The notes under the pieces: generated by a model
Databases searched by the model: none
The model's input: only the letters and a program-made list of their open reading frames with translations
Told to the model about the DNA's origin: nothing
In this document: positions 50,391 to 60,718 of the stretch, one piece after another
Numbering within the stretch: position 1 is the first letter of the stretch
Layout: each line of letters opens with the position of its first letter
Translations under genes and position numbers: made by a program
DNA from: Methanobacteriota archaeon
Lineage (GTDB): Archaea; Thermoplasmatota; E2; DHVEG-1
DNA: 64,000 nucleotides
Direction: 5' to 3'
Assembly (NCBI GenBank): GCA_963769885.1
Contig: CAVYNH010000007.1
Coordinates: 256,001 to 320,000, forward strand

Positions 50391-50630
50391 ATGATTAAGA
50401 GCAAGGGCCTGATTCCTCATTTCATGAGCTGGGTGAATACATGGTTTCAGATGACTGCTATGAGAGCGGTGGTCGTCGGAATCATATTTCTTGTTGCCTC
50501 GGTATTATGGTGGGTCGGAGTCAAAGGGGATGATCCCCTCCGACGTGATATCATCCCTGTAGCCTACGTTTTCATCGGCTTCATGCTGATTGGCGCTGGG
50601 TTGCTCACTATTTATCATAAAAAAGGGTAG
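50391..50630 (+). CDS. Small two-TM membrane protein
   Basis: Two hydrophobic helices and a basic C-terminus; true start may be about 50451-50460. Confidence 0.5.
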   Translation: MIKSKGLIPHFMSWVNTWFQMTAMRAVVVGIIFLVASVLWWVGVKGDDPLRRDIIPVAYVFIGFMLIGAGLLTIYHKKG

Positions 50631-50679
50631 ACGCCTAAGCTTTTAAATAAAACAATCCTTATGTCCGAGACTGAACCCC

Positions 50680-53505
50680 ATGGATGAATCCATCTACGAG
50701 TACGCTCCCATCGAGCTGAAGTGGCAGCAGCGTTGGTACGCCGCTCATATCGAGCAGGCGTCGAAGGGGACAGGCCAGAAGTTCTTCATCCATTTCGCCT
50801 ACCCCGGGGTCTCCGGCTACCTCCATGTCGGCCACATGCGCGGGTTCAGCTACTGCGACATCATCGCACGCTACAAGCGGATGTCCGGCTACGACGTCCT
50901 GTTCCCCGCAGGCTTTCACGCCTCCGGCATCCCCTCCGTCGGATTCGCCAAAAAGGTCGAGCGGGGAGACGCCGACACCATCCGATTATTAAAAGCGAAC
51001 GGCGTGTCCGACATACTACTAAAGAAACTGACCGACCCCTTAGAAGTCGTCAAATATTTTAGGACCGTCTACGTGGATAACTATTGGAAACGGTTCGGGT
51101 TCCTCATTGACTACTCGCGGCTCATGACGACGATCTCGCCAGGCTACAAACGCTTCATCCAATGGCAGTTCCACCAACTCCACGCGAAGCATCTGTTGGT
51201 GCAGAAGCCGCACTATGCGCCGTACTGCCCGAACTGTGGACCCGTTGCGGTCGACCGCTCGGAGACCGACGTCTCCTCAGGCGGCGAAGCCGAGGTCCTG
51301 GAATTCACCGTCATCAAGTTCACACTCCCTGATGGGACGATCCTGCCTGCCGCGACGCTGCGGCCGGAGACAATCTTCGGCGTCACCAATATGTGGGTCA
51401 ACCCCACCGTCATCTACCACGTCGTCGACGTCGATAACGAACGCTGGATCTGCTCCAAAGAATGCATCGAGAAACTCTCCTGCCAGTTCGACGACGTTCA
51501 CCCAACGACCGAGACCATCCCAGGGAAATCCCTTATCGGGAAGACCTGCCGTGTCCCGGAAGTCAACCGCGAGGTCCCCATCCTCTCGGGCGTATTCGCC
51601 AACCCCGAGGTCGCCACCGGCATCGTCATGTCAGTGCCGGCGCACGCACCCTACGACTGGATCGCACTCGTCGAGACCCATGAACCAATCCCGGCAATCA
51701 AAATCATCGACGTCCCCGGATTCGGAGACAACCCAGCAAAAGAGGTCTGCGACTCCCTCCGCATCACCAACCAGACCCAGACGGACAAGCTGGACGAGGC
51801 GACCGAACTCGTCTACAAAAAGGAGTTCCACACCGGAGTCCTCAACGACCGCTGCGGCCCCTACGCTGGCATTAAAGTCTCCGAAATCAAGGACACCGTC
51901 AAAAACGACCTTATCTCGAAGAACGAAGCCGGCATCCTCCGCGAATTCTCCCAGCAGGTCATCTGCCGCTGCAAGGAACGCGTCGTCATCAAAAAGATCC
52001 CGGATCAATGGTTCATCAAATACAGCGACCCCGATCTGACCCGCGAATCCAAGGACTACGCGCAAACCATGGCCATTTACCCCATTGAGTACTGGGAAGA
52101 GATGCCGAAGATCCTGGACTGGTTCGGCGATCGCGCCGTCATCCGTAAAGGCTCCTGGCTCGGAACCGAGTTCCCCTACAAACAGGGATGGATCATCGAA
52201 CCCATCTCCGACTCAACCCTCTACCCCGCCTACTACATCCTCTCCAACTACGTGAACGCCGGACGGCTCACCCCCGACGAGATGACGGACGCCTTCTTCA
52301 ACTACATCTTCCTCGGCCACGGCACCGCCAAGACCAAACTCTGGCGAGAGATCAAGGACGACTTCGACTACTGGTACCCCGTCGACATCAACCTCGGCGG
52401 CAAGGAACACAAGACCGTCCACTTCCCAGTCTACGTGATGAACCACGTCGCCATCTTCCCGGAGCAAAAACGCCCCCGCGGCCTATTCGTCCACTGGTGG
52501 GTGACCCAGAAAGGCAAAGAGAAAATCAGCAAATCCAAGGGCGGCGCGGAGCCGATCCTGGAGGCGGCCTTCACCTACGGCGTGGACGCGATGCGACTGT
52601 ACTACGCCCACAGCGGCTCCCCGTTCGTGGACGTCGAATGGGACACGGAGACGGTCACGAAATACAAGACCCGTATCCAGATGCTCTGGCGGCTGTTCAC
52701 CGGGGCAGACCGGACGACAGACCAGCCGTCGGAGAACCTCGACCGATGGCTGCGCAGCAGCCTGATGCGCAGGACCATGAAGATCCGTGATGCCTACGAG
52801 GCGTTTGACCTTCGGGTGGCCTCCAATGAGATTTTCTATGAAATGCCGCGGGACCTACAGTGGTACGTGAAACGCGGCGGTCAAAATGGAAACCTGGTCG
52901 CGAAAGAGATTGAGACCTGGATTAGGCTTGCGGCTCCCATTACGCCGCATCTGGCGGAAGAACTCTGGGCGTTCCTCGGCCATGAGCCGTTCGTCTCCAC
53001 GCAGCCGTTCCCTGTTGAGGAACCCCAGCAGATCGCCGAGGCAGAGGAGGCCGGCGAATCCCTCCTGACCCACGTCATCGACGATATCAGCGAAATCCTC
53101 AAGGTCACCACCATCACCCCCAAGAAGATTTTCGTGTACACCGCTCCCGCCTGGAAACAACAGGTACTGCAGCTGGCATTATCATTGGAGGACCGTCAGC
53201 AGTTCTCCATGAACGCGCTGATGAAGGATGTCATGGCAGATGCTAGCCTGAAAACACGTGCGAAACAGGCCTCCCAGTATGCCGGGAAGCTCGCAGGAGA
53301 CATCAAGAAGATGACCGAGGCGGACCGCCGCCGATACCAGGTACACTTGGATGAGGCAGGATACCTTCAATCCGCGAAGGCGTTTCTGGAGGCGACGTTC
53401 TCCTGCCCAGTGGAAATTTGGCATGCCGACGACCAAGGGATCGTCGACCCGACGCAGAAGGCGAAGAACGCGCTGCCCCGACGCCCGGCGCTCTACATCG
53501 AATAA
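50680..53505 (+). CDS. leuS: Leucine--tRNA ligase (archaeal type)
   Basis: YP..SGYLHVGH, ATLRPETIFG, TGIVMSVPAHAPYD editing domain, KISKS, P.RPALYIE. Confidence 0.97.
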   Translation: MDESIYEYAPIELKWQQRWYAAHIEQASKGTGQKFFIHFAYPGVSGYLHVGHMRGFSYCDIIARYKRMSGYDVLFPAGFHASGIPSVGFAKKVERGDADTIRLLKANGVSDILLKKLTDPLEVVKYFRTVYVDNYWKRFGFLIDYSRLMTTISPGYKRFIQWQFHQLHAKHLLVQKPHYAPYCPNCGPVAVDRSETDVSSGGEAEVLEFTVIKFTLPDGTILPAATLRPETIFGVTNMWVNPTVIYHVVDVDNERWICSKECIEKLSCQFDDVHPTTETIPGKSLIGKTCRVPEVNREVPILSGVFANPEVATGIVMSVPAHAPYDWIALVETHEPIPAIKIIDVPGFGDNPAKEVCDSLRITNQTQTDKLDEATELVYKKEFHTGVLNDRCGPYAGIKVSEIKDTVKNDLISKNEAGILREFSQQVICRCKERVVIKKIPDQWFIKYSDPDLTRESKDYAQTMAIYPIEYWEEMPKILDWFGDRAVIRKGSWLGTEFPYKQGWIIEPISDSTLYPAYYILSNYVNAGRLTPDEMTDAFFNYIFLGHGTAKTKLWREIKDDFDYWYPVDINLGGKEHKTVHFPVYVMNHVAIFPEQKRPRGLFVHWWVTQKGKEKISKSKGGAEPILEAAFTYGVDAMRLYYAHSGSPFVDVEWDTETVTKYKTRIQMLWRLFTGADRTTDQPSENLDRWLRSSLMRRTMKIRDAYEAFDLRVASNEIFYEMPRDLQWYVKRGGQNGNLVAKEIETWIRLAAPITPHLAEELWAFLGHEPFVSTQPFPVEEPQQIAEAEEAGESLLTHVIDDISEILKVTTITPKKIFVYTAPAWKQQVLQLALSLEDRQQFSMNALMKDVMADASLKTRAKQASQYAGKLAGDIKKMTEADRRRYQVHLDEAGYLQSAKAFLEATFSCPVEIWHADDQGIVDPTQKAKNALPRRPALYIE

Positions 53506-53574
53506 AGAACCACCAGCCCAACAGCTTGTACGCATCTTTAATAGAAGTAAGAGAAACAGAAGGCGCGATGGTCT

Positions 53575-56500
53575 CTACCGTTTTCTCCACTTTGCTAAAA
53601 GGACGGCAGAGACGATGATGAGGATGACGACGAGCACCCCGAGGACCACGAGCCAGGAGGTCGGGAAGGCCTGGATGCCGGTGGAGATGACCGAGGACTC
53701 CGCGGTGTTTCCTGCGTGATCCATGGCGACGACCCGGAACTGGTAATACCCCTCGCCTTCCCCAGCGCCGAAGCTCCAGGTATAGGGCGGCGCGGTGAGG
53801 TTGTTCCCGAACTGGGTCCACTCCTCCGTCCAGTTCACCCCGTCCCGTGAATAGCGGTACAGCAGCTCCAAAGATTGGATCCCGCTGCCGCCGACGTCAC
53901 TAGCCCGAGCCGTGATGTTGAACGACTCATCCATCGAATGGAAGGTTTCCTCAGAGGGGACCTCGATGATCACCGTGGGTTTCTCCGTGTCTCGCCGCAG
54001 CTGCAGCGCCTGAGACGTGTCGGTGATGTTGCGCGTATTGCCGAGGGTGTCGTTGATGCGGAAGAAGAGGTAGTACGACTGGTTGCCCTGCAGCTGGTCC
54101 CAGATGCTTTCAGGCAGCTGCCATGTGGCGGTGTAGCTGGACTCGTTGATATGCCGTGCAACCACGGTCCAGTTTGACGGGATGCTCGCGCGATACTGGA
54201 TGGTGTCGAGTCGGAAGTCATCGGTGAACGTGACCGTGAACGTGGGGCGCGCATGATACCAGTAGACGGTGTCGAAGACAGGGATGTCGGGCGCCTCAGC
54301 GTCATAGGTGAAGTTCGCTTCCCCGGCCGTCTTCTCGTCCTCGACGTTGCCGGCCTTGTCCCTCGCCCGCGTCATGATCTCGTAATATCCCCCGGTGTTG
54401 AACGTGAGATTCCAGTACGGCTTACTGCCGTTCACCGTGGAGTATGGTAGCCAGGGGCCGGAGAAACCGCGAGGCGTCTCAGCCATGCGGTAGTACAACG
54501 TCACATTCGAGACGTCGCTAACGCTGCCGGTCTGGTTATCCTGCGTGGTGGCATTCACGCGGACGGGGCCAGTGTAGGTTTTTTTCAGGGTTTTTGTGTA
54601 GATCCTTGACCAGGGTTTGAGGACGTCCTGGTTAAACGAGATCGAAAGCGTCCCGATGTTGCCTGCGAGGTCCTGAATCTTGAACGTAATCGACTTCAGG
54701 CTGGTGATGTTTCTGAACTCAGATAAATTCAAGAGATTCGCGGTGAAGTCCTGGATTGCGGTCGTCCCGTTTTCCCCGGTGCACGTCGCGGCATGCGTCA
54801 GGTTCATATAAGACGAATTCTGGTAGTATTCGAGGAAGAACGATGCGGAGGAGACCAGCAGGCCGGTGCCGTTGTCTTTGACGCGGAGGCTGAACTCCGG
54901 GATGATGGTGTTGATCCAGCCGCCGGTCGGGATGACGGGCCGCAGTGTACTCTTATTCAGGTAGGGGCTTACCTTGTCGCTGTCAAAGGAGAGGTTCCAG
55001 CGGAACAGCGAGGGGTTAACAGAGATGTTGTTGGCCTGGAAGTCCGCCCGCAGCCGGACGGTCCGCGGTAGGGTGACGTTGCCGGAAAGGATCGTATTAT
55101 TCACGAGGCTCTTGAGGACCTGTTTGTTTTCGTCGAGCAAGGAGTAGGTGATGCTATTCTTTCCTTTCGTGGTGTTCTGAACGACCTGGAACTTCTTCCA
55201 CCAGTAGTTCGTAGGGAGCTTAATCGGCATGCTGATGAGAGTGCCGTTGAGCTTCTCGTCAGGGGCGATGAAGCTGCCGAAGGCGTAGAGCCAGCCGTTT
55301 TGCGTGCCGATATAGGCGAGTCCGTTGGAGATGACGGGGGAGGTGGTGACCGGGCTGTTGCTGTGGGTATGCTGGACCCAGAGCAAGGTGAGATTGCCGG
55401 TGCCGAAGGCAAAAACGGTGCCGTCAGGGTTTCCGATGACGACGATGTCTTCCGCGATGGCCGGCGAGGATTTCAAGATTGGGTCGCGCTGGAGGCGGTT
55501 GTAGTCATAGACTGTTTTGTCAAAAGCGACGGTACCGGAATTCGCCTTGACCGCGAGGAGATGCCCATCAGGAGTCGTCATATAGAGCATCCCGTTGAGG
55601 TAGGCGGGGGTGCAGTCCGCGAGGGTATCGTTTGCGTCCCAGCGGAGCGGCTCGGCGACCTTCTTGCCGAGGGTCGTGTTCCAGAGTTTTGACCCGTTTG
55701 AGAGATGGAGAGCGATGAGCTGGGTCTGGTCTGAGAAGAGAGCGGCGGTTCCTTTTTCGCTGACGATATAGACGACGCCGTCCGCGATGACGGGGGAGGC
55801 CCGGTCAATGGCGCCGACTTCCGCCTGCCAAAGGGGACTCCCGCTCGTCGCATTGAAGGCGAACAGGCTGGGGCCACTCTTGTTGTGACAGCCGACGACG
55901 ACCGTCCCATTGTCGTAGGCGGGCGTAGAAAAGCTCCAGGCGGGGAGCGTTACATGCCATTTGTAGCTCGGCGAGGGGTTGAGGTTCAAGGCGAGGAGTG
56001 TGGTGTTGGAATTGGGTTTATCGAGGTTCCCGCTCCAGGAGGTGATATACATGAGGTCGTCAACGATGATGGGGGAGGACCAGTAGCACCGCTCCGCGCC
56101 GTTATTGCCGTATTCTGGCGTGGGGCCGACGCCGTCTTTGGGGATGAAGTAGATAGCGTTCTGGGTGTTGTTTGCGCCAGTTCGACCGGTGGGGACGATA
56201 ACGTATTTGTCGGTGATCGCAGGAGCGACGACGCTGTCATAGTTATCGTATGTGAGTCGGGTCGTATGGTTTTTCCAGAATTCCGTGCCCAGATAAGCAG
56301 TGGGAGTGGTGAGGGGCCGGTATTTGTAGACAGACCCGTTGGTGAGGGTGAGGAAGAGGGAGTCGCCGTCAAGGATCGGCGTGGAGATCTTCGAGTTTTC
56401 TCGCAGTGAGCTGTACCAGTAGGTGGCATTGATTCGAGGACCGCGCCCGGTGGCGACGCGGGTGTTGGCGGGGTTCTGGCCGATCATCGGCCATTGGCCT

Positions 56501-57666
56501 TGGATGGGGGTGAGGTTGACTTTATTGTTGATGTTGACGTAGATTTTGGTATCGACGCGGAAGTCGGTGGTGAAGCGGTCCTGCCAGCGTCCTTTATCAG
56601 GCTGCCAGATGACGCTCCAGCTGTAGAGCTCAGGGGAAGCGGAGGTGGTAGACGTGGCGAGGGTTCCGTTGAGTCTAATGGTCTCCTGGGGGACGTCGTT
56701 AATATAGACGGGCGGAGTGGTGAATCCTTTGCTGTTGCCAGGGATGATTTGGTCGCTGATGGGGACCCATTTCTTGGTGGCATTTGGGGCGAGGACTTGG
56801 ACTTTCAGGGTAGCCTTGTCGGTCTGGAAGGCGTCCCAGGTGACGAACTCCCAGTAGGGGCCGTTAGTAGAGTCCCGGGTGATGTTTTTGGAGGTGACGT
56901 AGCCTGATCCGAGTTTGTATCCAGCTTCACCGGCGCAGGTAATCTGGATGTAGTCAGTGGAAAGAGTGCCAACCCGGGTGTGAAGGAAGACAGCGACATT
57001 GAAGTACTGGTCGGTGTCGACGGCGAGCTTGGAGTCGTTTTTCCCGATGGCACCGTTGAGAATCATGTCGTGGTTCCAGTTATCTGAACTGTTGAGTTGG
57101 ACCCATCGTCCGACGGGCAGGTATTTGTTGTTCTTCCAATACCGGAGGCTGATAGGGACGACGCTGGCGTTCTCTGCGCTGTTCGCCTTTCCTTTCCAGG
57201 TGACTGTGATGTTCCCGGTGTGGTCGCCGCTGACCGTGAGTTTGAAGCGGAAGACCTGGACGAGGTAGCCGTTGAAGAAACCGACGCGTTGGCTGTTGAA
57301 GTAGCGGTTGCTGCCTTCGCCTTGTCTGGAGAGGGCGATGTAGTCGTAACGGTCACCCGGGATTCCGGAGCGCTTGGCTGGGTTAAAGAAGAACGGGAAG
57401 ATGCTGCTGTAATAGGAGGCGGTATGGCCTGCTGATTCGCTGAAGTCGTGGGTCGAGCCGTTGGTTTTCGCGAGACGGATGTACCCGTTGCTATCCCAGA
57501 CGCAGTTGACTTGGGTACTGTTGGAGGGGGTATCGAAGGTGTCGGTCCAAATCCCGTCCGAGAACAAGGGCGTGGCGGTGACGACGGGAGTGGGGAGGAT
57601 GGTGAAAACGAGGAGGGCGACAAGGAGAAAACTAATGAATTGAGGGAAGCGATGTGCGATTCGCAT
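53575..57666 (-). CDS. Large cell-surface protein with PQQ-like propeller, Ig-like domains and C-terminal TM anchor
   Basis: Signal peptide; WPM.GQNPANT and SSP repeats; D.AGN Ig repeats; C-terminal TM helix followed by KWRKR. Confidence 0.8.
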   Translation of the reverse strand: MRIAHRFPQFISFLLVALLVFTILPTPVVTATPLFSDGIWTDTFDTPSNSTQVNCVWDSNGYIRLAKTNGSTHDFSESAGHTASYYSSIFPFFFNPAKRSGIPGDRYDYIALSRQGEGSNRYFNSQRVGFFNGYLVQVFRFKLTVSGDHTGNITVTWKGKANSAENASVVPISLRYWKNNKYLPVGRWVQLNSSDNWNHDMILNGAIGKNDSKLAVDTDQYFNVAVFLHTRVGTLSTDYIQITCAGEAGYKLGSGYVTSKNITRDSTNGPYWEFVTWDAFQTDKATLKVQVLAPNATKKWVPISDQIIPGNSKGFTTPPVYINDVPQETIRLNGTLATSTTSASPELYSWSVIWQPDKGRWQDRFTTDFRVDTKIYVNINNKVNLTPIQGQWPMIGQNPANTRVATGRGPRINATYWYSSLRENSKISTPILDGDSLFLTLTNGSVYKYRPLTTPTAYLGTEFWKNHTTRLTYDNYDSVVAPAITDKYVIVPTGRTGANNTQNAIYFIPKDGVGPTPEYGNNGAERCYWSSPIIVDDLMYITSWSGNLDKPNSNTTLLALNLNPSPSYKWHVTLPAWSFSTPAYDNGTVVVGCHNKSGPSLFAFNATSGSPLWQAEVGAIDRASPVIADGVVYIVSEKGTAALFSDQTQLIALHLSNGSKLWNTTLGKKVAEPLRWDANDTLADCTPAYLNGMLYMTTPDGHLLAVKANSGTVAFDKTVYDYNRLQRDPILKSSPAIAEDIVVIGNPDGTVFAFGTGNLTLLWVQHTHSNSPVTTSPVISNGLAYIGTQNGWLYAFGSFIAPDEKLNGTLISMPIKLPTNYWWKKFQVVQNTTKGKNSITYSLLDENKQVLKSLVNNTILSGNVTLPRTVRLRADFQANNISVNPSLFRWNLSFDSDKVSPYLNKSTLRPVIPTGGWINTIIPEFSLRVKDNGTGLLVSSASFFLEYYQNSSYMNLTHAATCTGENGTTAIQDFTANLLNLSEFRNITSLKSITFKIQDLAGNIGTLSISFNQDVLKPWSRIYTKTLKKTYTGPVRVNATTQDNQTGSVSDVSNVTLYYRMAETPRGFSGPWLPYSTVNGSKPYWNLTFNTGGYYEIMTRARDKAGNVEDEKTAGEANFTYDAEAPDIPVFDTVYWYHARPTFTVTFTDDFRLDTIQYRASIPSNWTVVARHINESSYTATWQLPESIWDQLQGNQSYYLFFRINDTLGNTRNITDTSQALQLRRDTEKPTVIIEVPSEETFHSMDESFNITARASDVGGSGIQSLELLYRYSRDGVNWTEEWTQFGNNLTAPPYTWSFGAGEGEGYYQFRVVAMDHAGNTAESSVISTGIQAFPTSWLVVLGVLVVILIIVSAVLLAKWRKR

Positions 57667-57855
57667 GGGGCCTCGCGATATAAATTTTTTTTTGTTTATA
57701 TTTCCTCAACTCCTTATAAAGTTTCGGTTCGCATCTGAGAGTGTCATCCCGGTTCTTTTATTCGGTATGTTTATATATTAGTTGTGGAGCGGCGTTTTGA
57801 TAGATGATATCTAGAAAGTGCTTAATAAAGTTAAGGGACGCTCCCTCCAGGAACC

Positions 57856-59184
57856 TCATCGAAGGATGACCTGGATGTCCATTACGTTCGTCCCTGTGGG
57901 TCCGCTGATTAATGCGTCCCCCAGTTTGGAGAAAAAGGTGTAGGAGTCGTTGGCCGCGAGGGCGGCGTCTTGGTCTAGGTTCGCGGCTTTCGCGCGCTCC
58001 AAGGTGTAGCCGTCTGCGAGGGCGCCTGCTGCTGGTGAGTAGCCGTCGGCGCCGTCGGTCGCGAGCGAGCCGAGGACGAGGTCGGTGCCGGCGAGATCCT
58101 GGATAGCGCCTAGGACGAGCTCCTGGTTGCGCCCACCTTTGCCTTTGCCGGTGACCCGGACCGTCGTTTCGCCGCCGACGATGAACGCGATGTTGGATCC
58201 CTCGGCGTCCTTGGCGTTTTCAACGAGCATCTGCCCGACGTCGCGGGCCTCACCGATCATGGAATGGGTGAGGACGACGGCGGAGTACCTCCGCTCCATC
58301 GCGGCCAGCGCCGCCGCATGGCATGCATAGACGTTGTTGGCGATAATGAAGTTCTTGACTCGGTCGAACTGAGCGTCGCCTGGTTTCAGCGTCTCCGGGA
58401 TACCTCCTTTGACTCCTGCCGTGAGGCAGTCGCGGATGCTGGATGGAGCCGACTCCCAGAGCCTGAATTTTCCGAGGACATCAATCGCATCCTGGAACGT
58501 CGACGGGTCAGGCGCGGTGGGCCCCGAGGCGATGGACTCGATTGGGTCGTTGACGACATCGGAGAGAATCAAGGTGATGACCGTGGCCTGCGTCGTTCGG
58601 AGGAGTTGTCCGCCTTTCACAGTGCTGAGATGCTTGCGGACGATGTTCAATTCATCGATCGTGGCCCCGCTGTCAAGGAGCCGAGACGTCAACTGACGGA
58701 GGTCCTTGAGAGGGACCCGTGGTTTTTCGAAGAGCGCCGACCCTCCGCCGGAGATCAGGACAAGCACGCAGTCCTGTGAGCCGCAGCTTTGGAGAAGAGT
58801 GAGAGCCTTTTCGGTGCCGATAAGCCCTGTTTTTGTCGGCAGCGGATGACCGCCGACGTGGACCTCGATGCCTTTCGCGGGCGGCGGGCCTTTCGTCGCA
58901 CTGATTACCACCCCGCGGGAGATCGGGAGGAGCCCGCAGACGGCCTTTGCCATCCCCAGGCTTCCTTTGCCGAAGGCGACGAGATACCGATGCTGGAACG
59001 CGGAGAGGTCAACAACATAATCCCCGGCCATCAGTTTCCTATCTACAATAACGCTTCGGCAGATGGCTCCGGGCTCGACGGCGTCGACCGCTGCTTTGAA
59101 TATCGCGAGAAGATCGGCACGCCGCTGCCGAAGCAAGGGCGTCCGTCCGTTAGTGACGAGGGTTTCCTCATTGGCAAACTGCAT
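57856..59184 (-). CDS. Glycerate 2-kinase (MOFRL family)
   Basis: AFGKGS, GHPLP, LISGGGSAL, RKHLS.VKGG, SDV..D....IASGPT, GGETTV, GGRNQE, TGTNVMD. Confidence 0.95.
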   Translation of the reverse strand: MQFANEETLVTNGRTPLLRQRRADLLAIFKAAVDAVEPGAICRSVIVDRKLMAGDYVVDLSAFQHRYLVAFGKGSLGMAKAVCGLLPISRGVVISATKGPPPAKGIEVHVGGHPLPTKTGLIGTEKALTLLQSCGSQDCVLVLISGGGSALFEKPRVPLKDLRQLTSRLLDSGATIDELNIVRKHLSTVKGGQLLRTTQATVITLILSDVVNDPIESIASGPTAPDPSTFQDAIDVLGKFRLWESAPSSIRDCLTAGVKGGIPETLKPGDAQFDRVKNFIIANNVYACHAAALAAMERRYSAVVLTHSMIGEARDVGQMLVENAKDAEGSNIAFIVGGETTVRVTGKGKGGRNQELVLGAIQDLAGTDLVLGSLATDGADGYSPAAGALADGYTLERAKAANLDQDAALAANDSYTFFSKLGDALISGPTGTNVMDIQVILR

Positions 59185-59215
59185 CTGGATACCCCCTGAA
59201 CCGTTCGTACCCTAT

Positions 59216-60547
59216 CTATTTTCCTACGTCGAATTGCCGCATGAGGCTGCGGCGCATCTTCCGGTCGCTGGAGAACCCCTTCATCATCCGCTTCATCTGG
59301 TTGTAGTACCGCAGGACTTCCTTGACGTCCTTGTTCTCGACGCCGGCGCCTTTGGCGATGCGGCGGATGCGCGAGGCCTGGATGAGCTCCGGCTTCTCCC
59401 GCTCCTCGTTGGTCATGGAGCTCATGATGATTTTGAACCGTGCGAGTCGTTTTTGGGTCTCCTCCATGTCCGACTCCTGGACTTTGCCGGAGAGGCCGAA
59501 CGGCAACATCTCCGCGATCTTGGAGATCGGCCCCATGTTCGCGAGCATGTCCATCTGCGAGCACATGTCGTTGAGGTTGAACTTCCCGGACATCAGCTTC
59601 TTGGCGGCGGCCTCCGCGTCCTTGCCCTTCATGGACTCCTCGGCCCGCTCCAGCAGGGACTTCAGGTCTCCCATGCCAAGCAGCCGGGAGATGAACCCGG
59701 AGGGATCGAATTTCTCAAAGTCCGTGGAGTGCTCCCCGGTGCCGACGAAGACGATTGGCGCACCGACCTCGGAGGACGCACTCAACGCGCCCCCGCCCTT
59801 CGCCGTCCCGTCAAGCTTCGTCAGGACGATACCGGTGATCCCGATCGCGTCGTTGAACGCCTTGGCCTGCGGTCCGGCCTGCTGGCCCATCGCCGCGTCC
59901 ATGACCAGGAGTTTCTCATCAGGTTTGATTGCCTTGAAAATCGATTTCATCTCATCGATGAGGTCATTCTCAAGCTTGTGCCGCCCTGAGGTGTCGACGA
60001 TGATGACATCCGCGGTCCGCTTGAACTTGTCCATCCCATTCGCAATCACCTTGACCGCGTTCTTCGCACCCATCTCGCCATAAAAAGGAACTTCCACTTG
60101 GCTGGCGATCTGCTGCAGCTGCTCATACGCCGCTGGTCGGTGGATATCACCAGCGATCAGCGCCGGACGCAGTCCCTTTCGTTTGAAATAAATCGAGAGT
60201 TTCCCACAAGTCGTGGTCTTCCCTTGACCGTACAGCCCGACCATCATGATGATCTGCTTCTTCACCGGCAGCTCACGGGACGCGCCGAGGATGTTGACGA
60301 GCTCCTCGTACACGATATGGATAACGTGTTCACGGTTGCTCATCCCCGATGGCGGTTTCTCCTCCAGCGCCCGCTGCTCGATCTTCTTGGACAACGCCAG
60401 GACGAGCTTCACGTTCACGTCAGCCTGCAGTAAAGCCCGCTGGATATCCCGGACAACCTCCTTGACAAGCGCCGCATCAACGTTTGCCGCGTTCGCGATC
60501 TTCTTGATCGTCCGTTTCAGCGAATCACCGAGATTATCGAGCACCAT
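59216..60547 (-). CDS. srp54: Signal recognition particle protein Srp54
   Basis: LQADVN, GLYGQGKTTT, DTSGRH, TKLDGTAKGGG, RLLGMGD, SMT..ER, SRIRRIA.GAG. Confidence 0.97.
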   Translation of the reverse strand: MVLDNLGDSLKRTIKKIANAANVDAALVKEVVRDIQRALLQADVNVKLVLALSKKIEQRALEEKPPSGMSNREHVIHIVYEELVNILGASRELPVKKQIIMMVGLYGQGKTTTCGKLSIYFKRKGLRPALIAGDIHRPAAYEQLQQIASQVEVPFYGEMGAKNAVKVIANGMDKFKRTADVIIVDTSGRHKLENDLIDEMKSIFKAIKPDEKLLVMDAAMGQQAGPQAKAFNDAIGITGIVLTKLDGTAKGGGALSASSEVGAPIVFVGTGEHSTDFEKFDPSGFISRLLGMGDLKSLLERAEESMKGKDAEAAAKKLMSGKFNLNDMCSQMDMLANMGPISKIAEMLPFGLSGKVQESDMEETQKRLARFKIIMSSMTNEEREKPELIQASRIRRIAKGAGVENKDVKEVLRYYNQMKRMMKGFSSDRKMRRSLMRQFDVGK

Positions 60548-60718
60548 GGGTCCTCTGCCACCAATGAACACCCCCTATTAAAAACCTTATCCTAACACTC
60601 AACACCTAGGCACAGTCGTAAAATATACCACGAAACAACAGGCTTACGAACGAGCGATGGCGGCCGCAACTCGAAAACGAGACTGACCCCTTGCGGCTTC
60701 GCTGGACGGACAGCTACC

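Noticed and set aside
60652-60700. Fluoride (crcB) riboswitch or SRP RNA near srp54
   Set aside because: GCGATGG resembles the fluoride motif start, but the P1 and pseudoknot complements do not fit and no suitable gene lies downstream. The region is too short for an archaeal 7S RNA.
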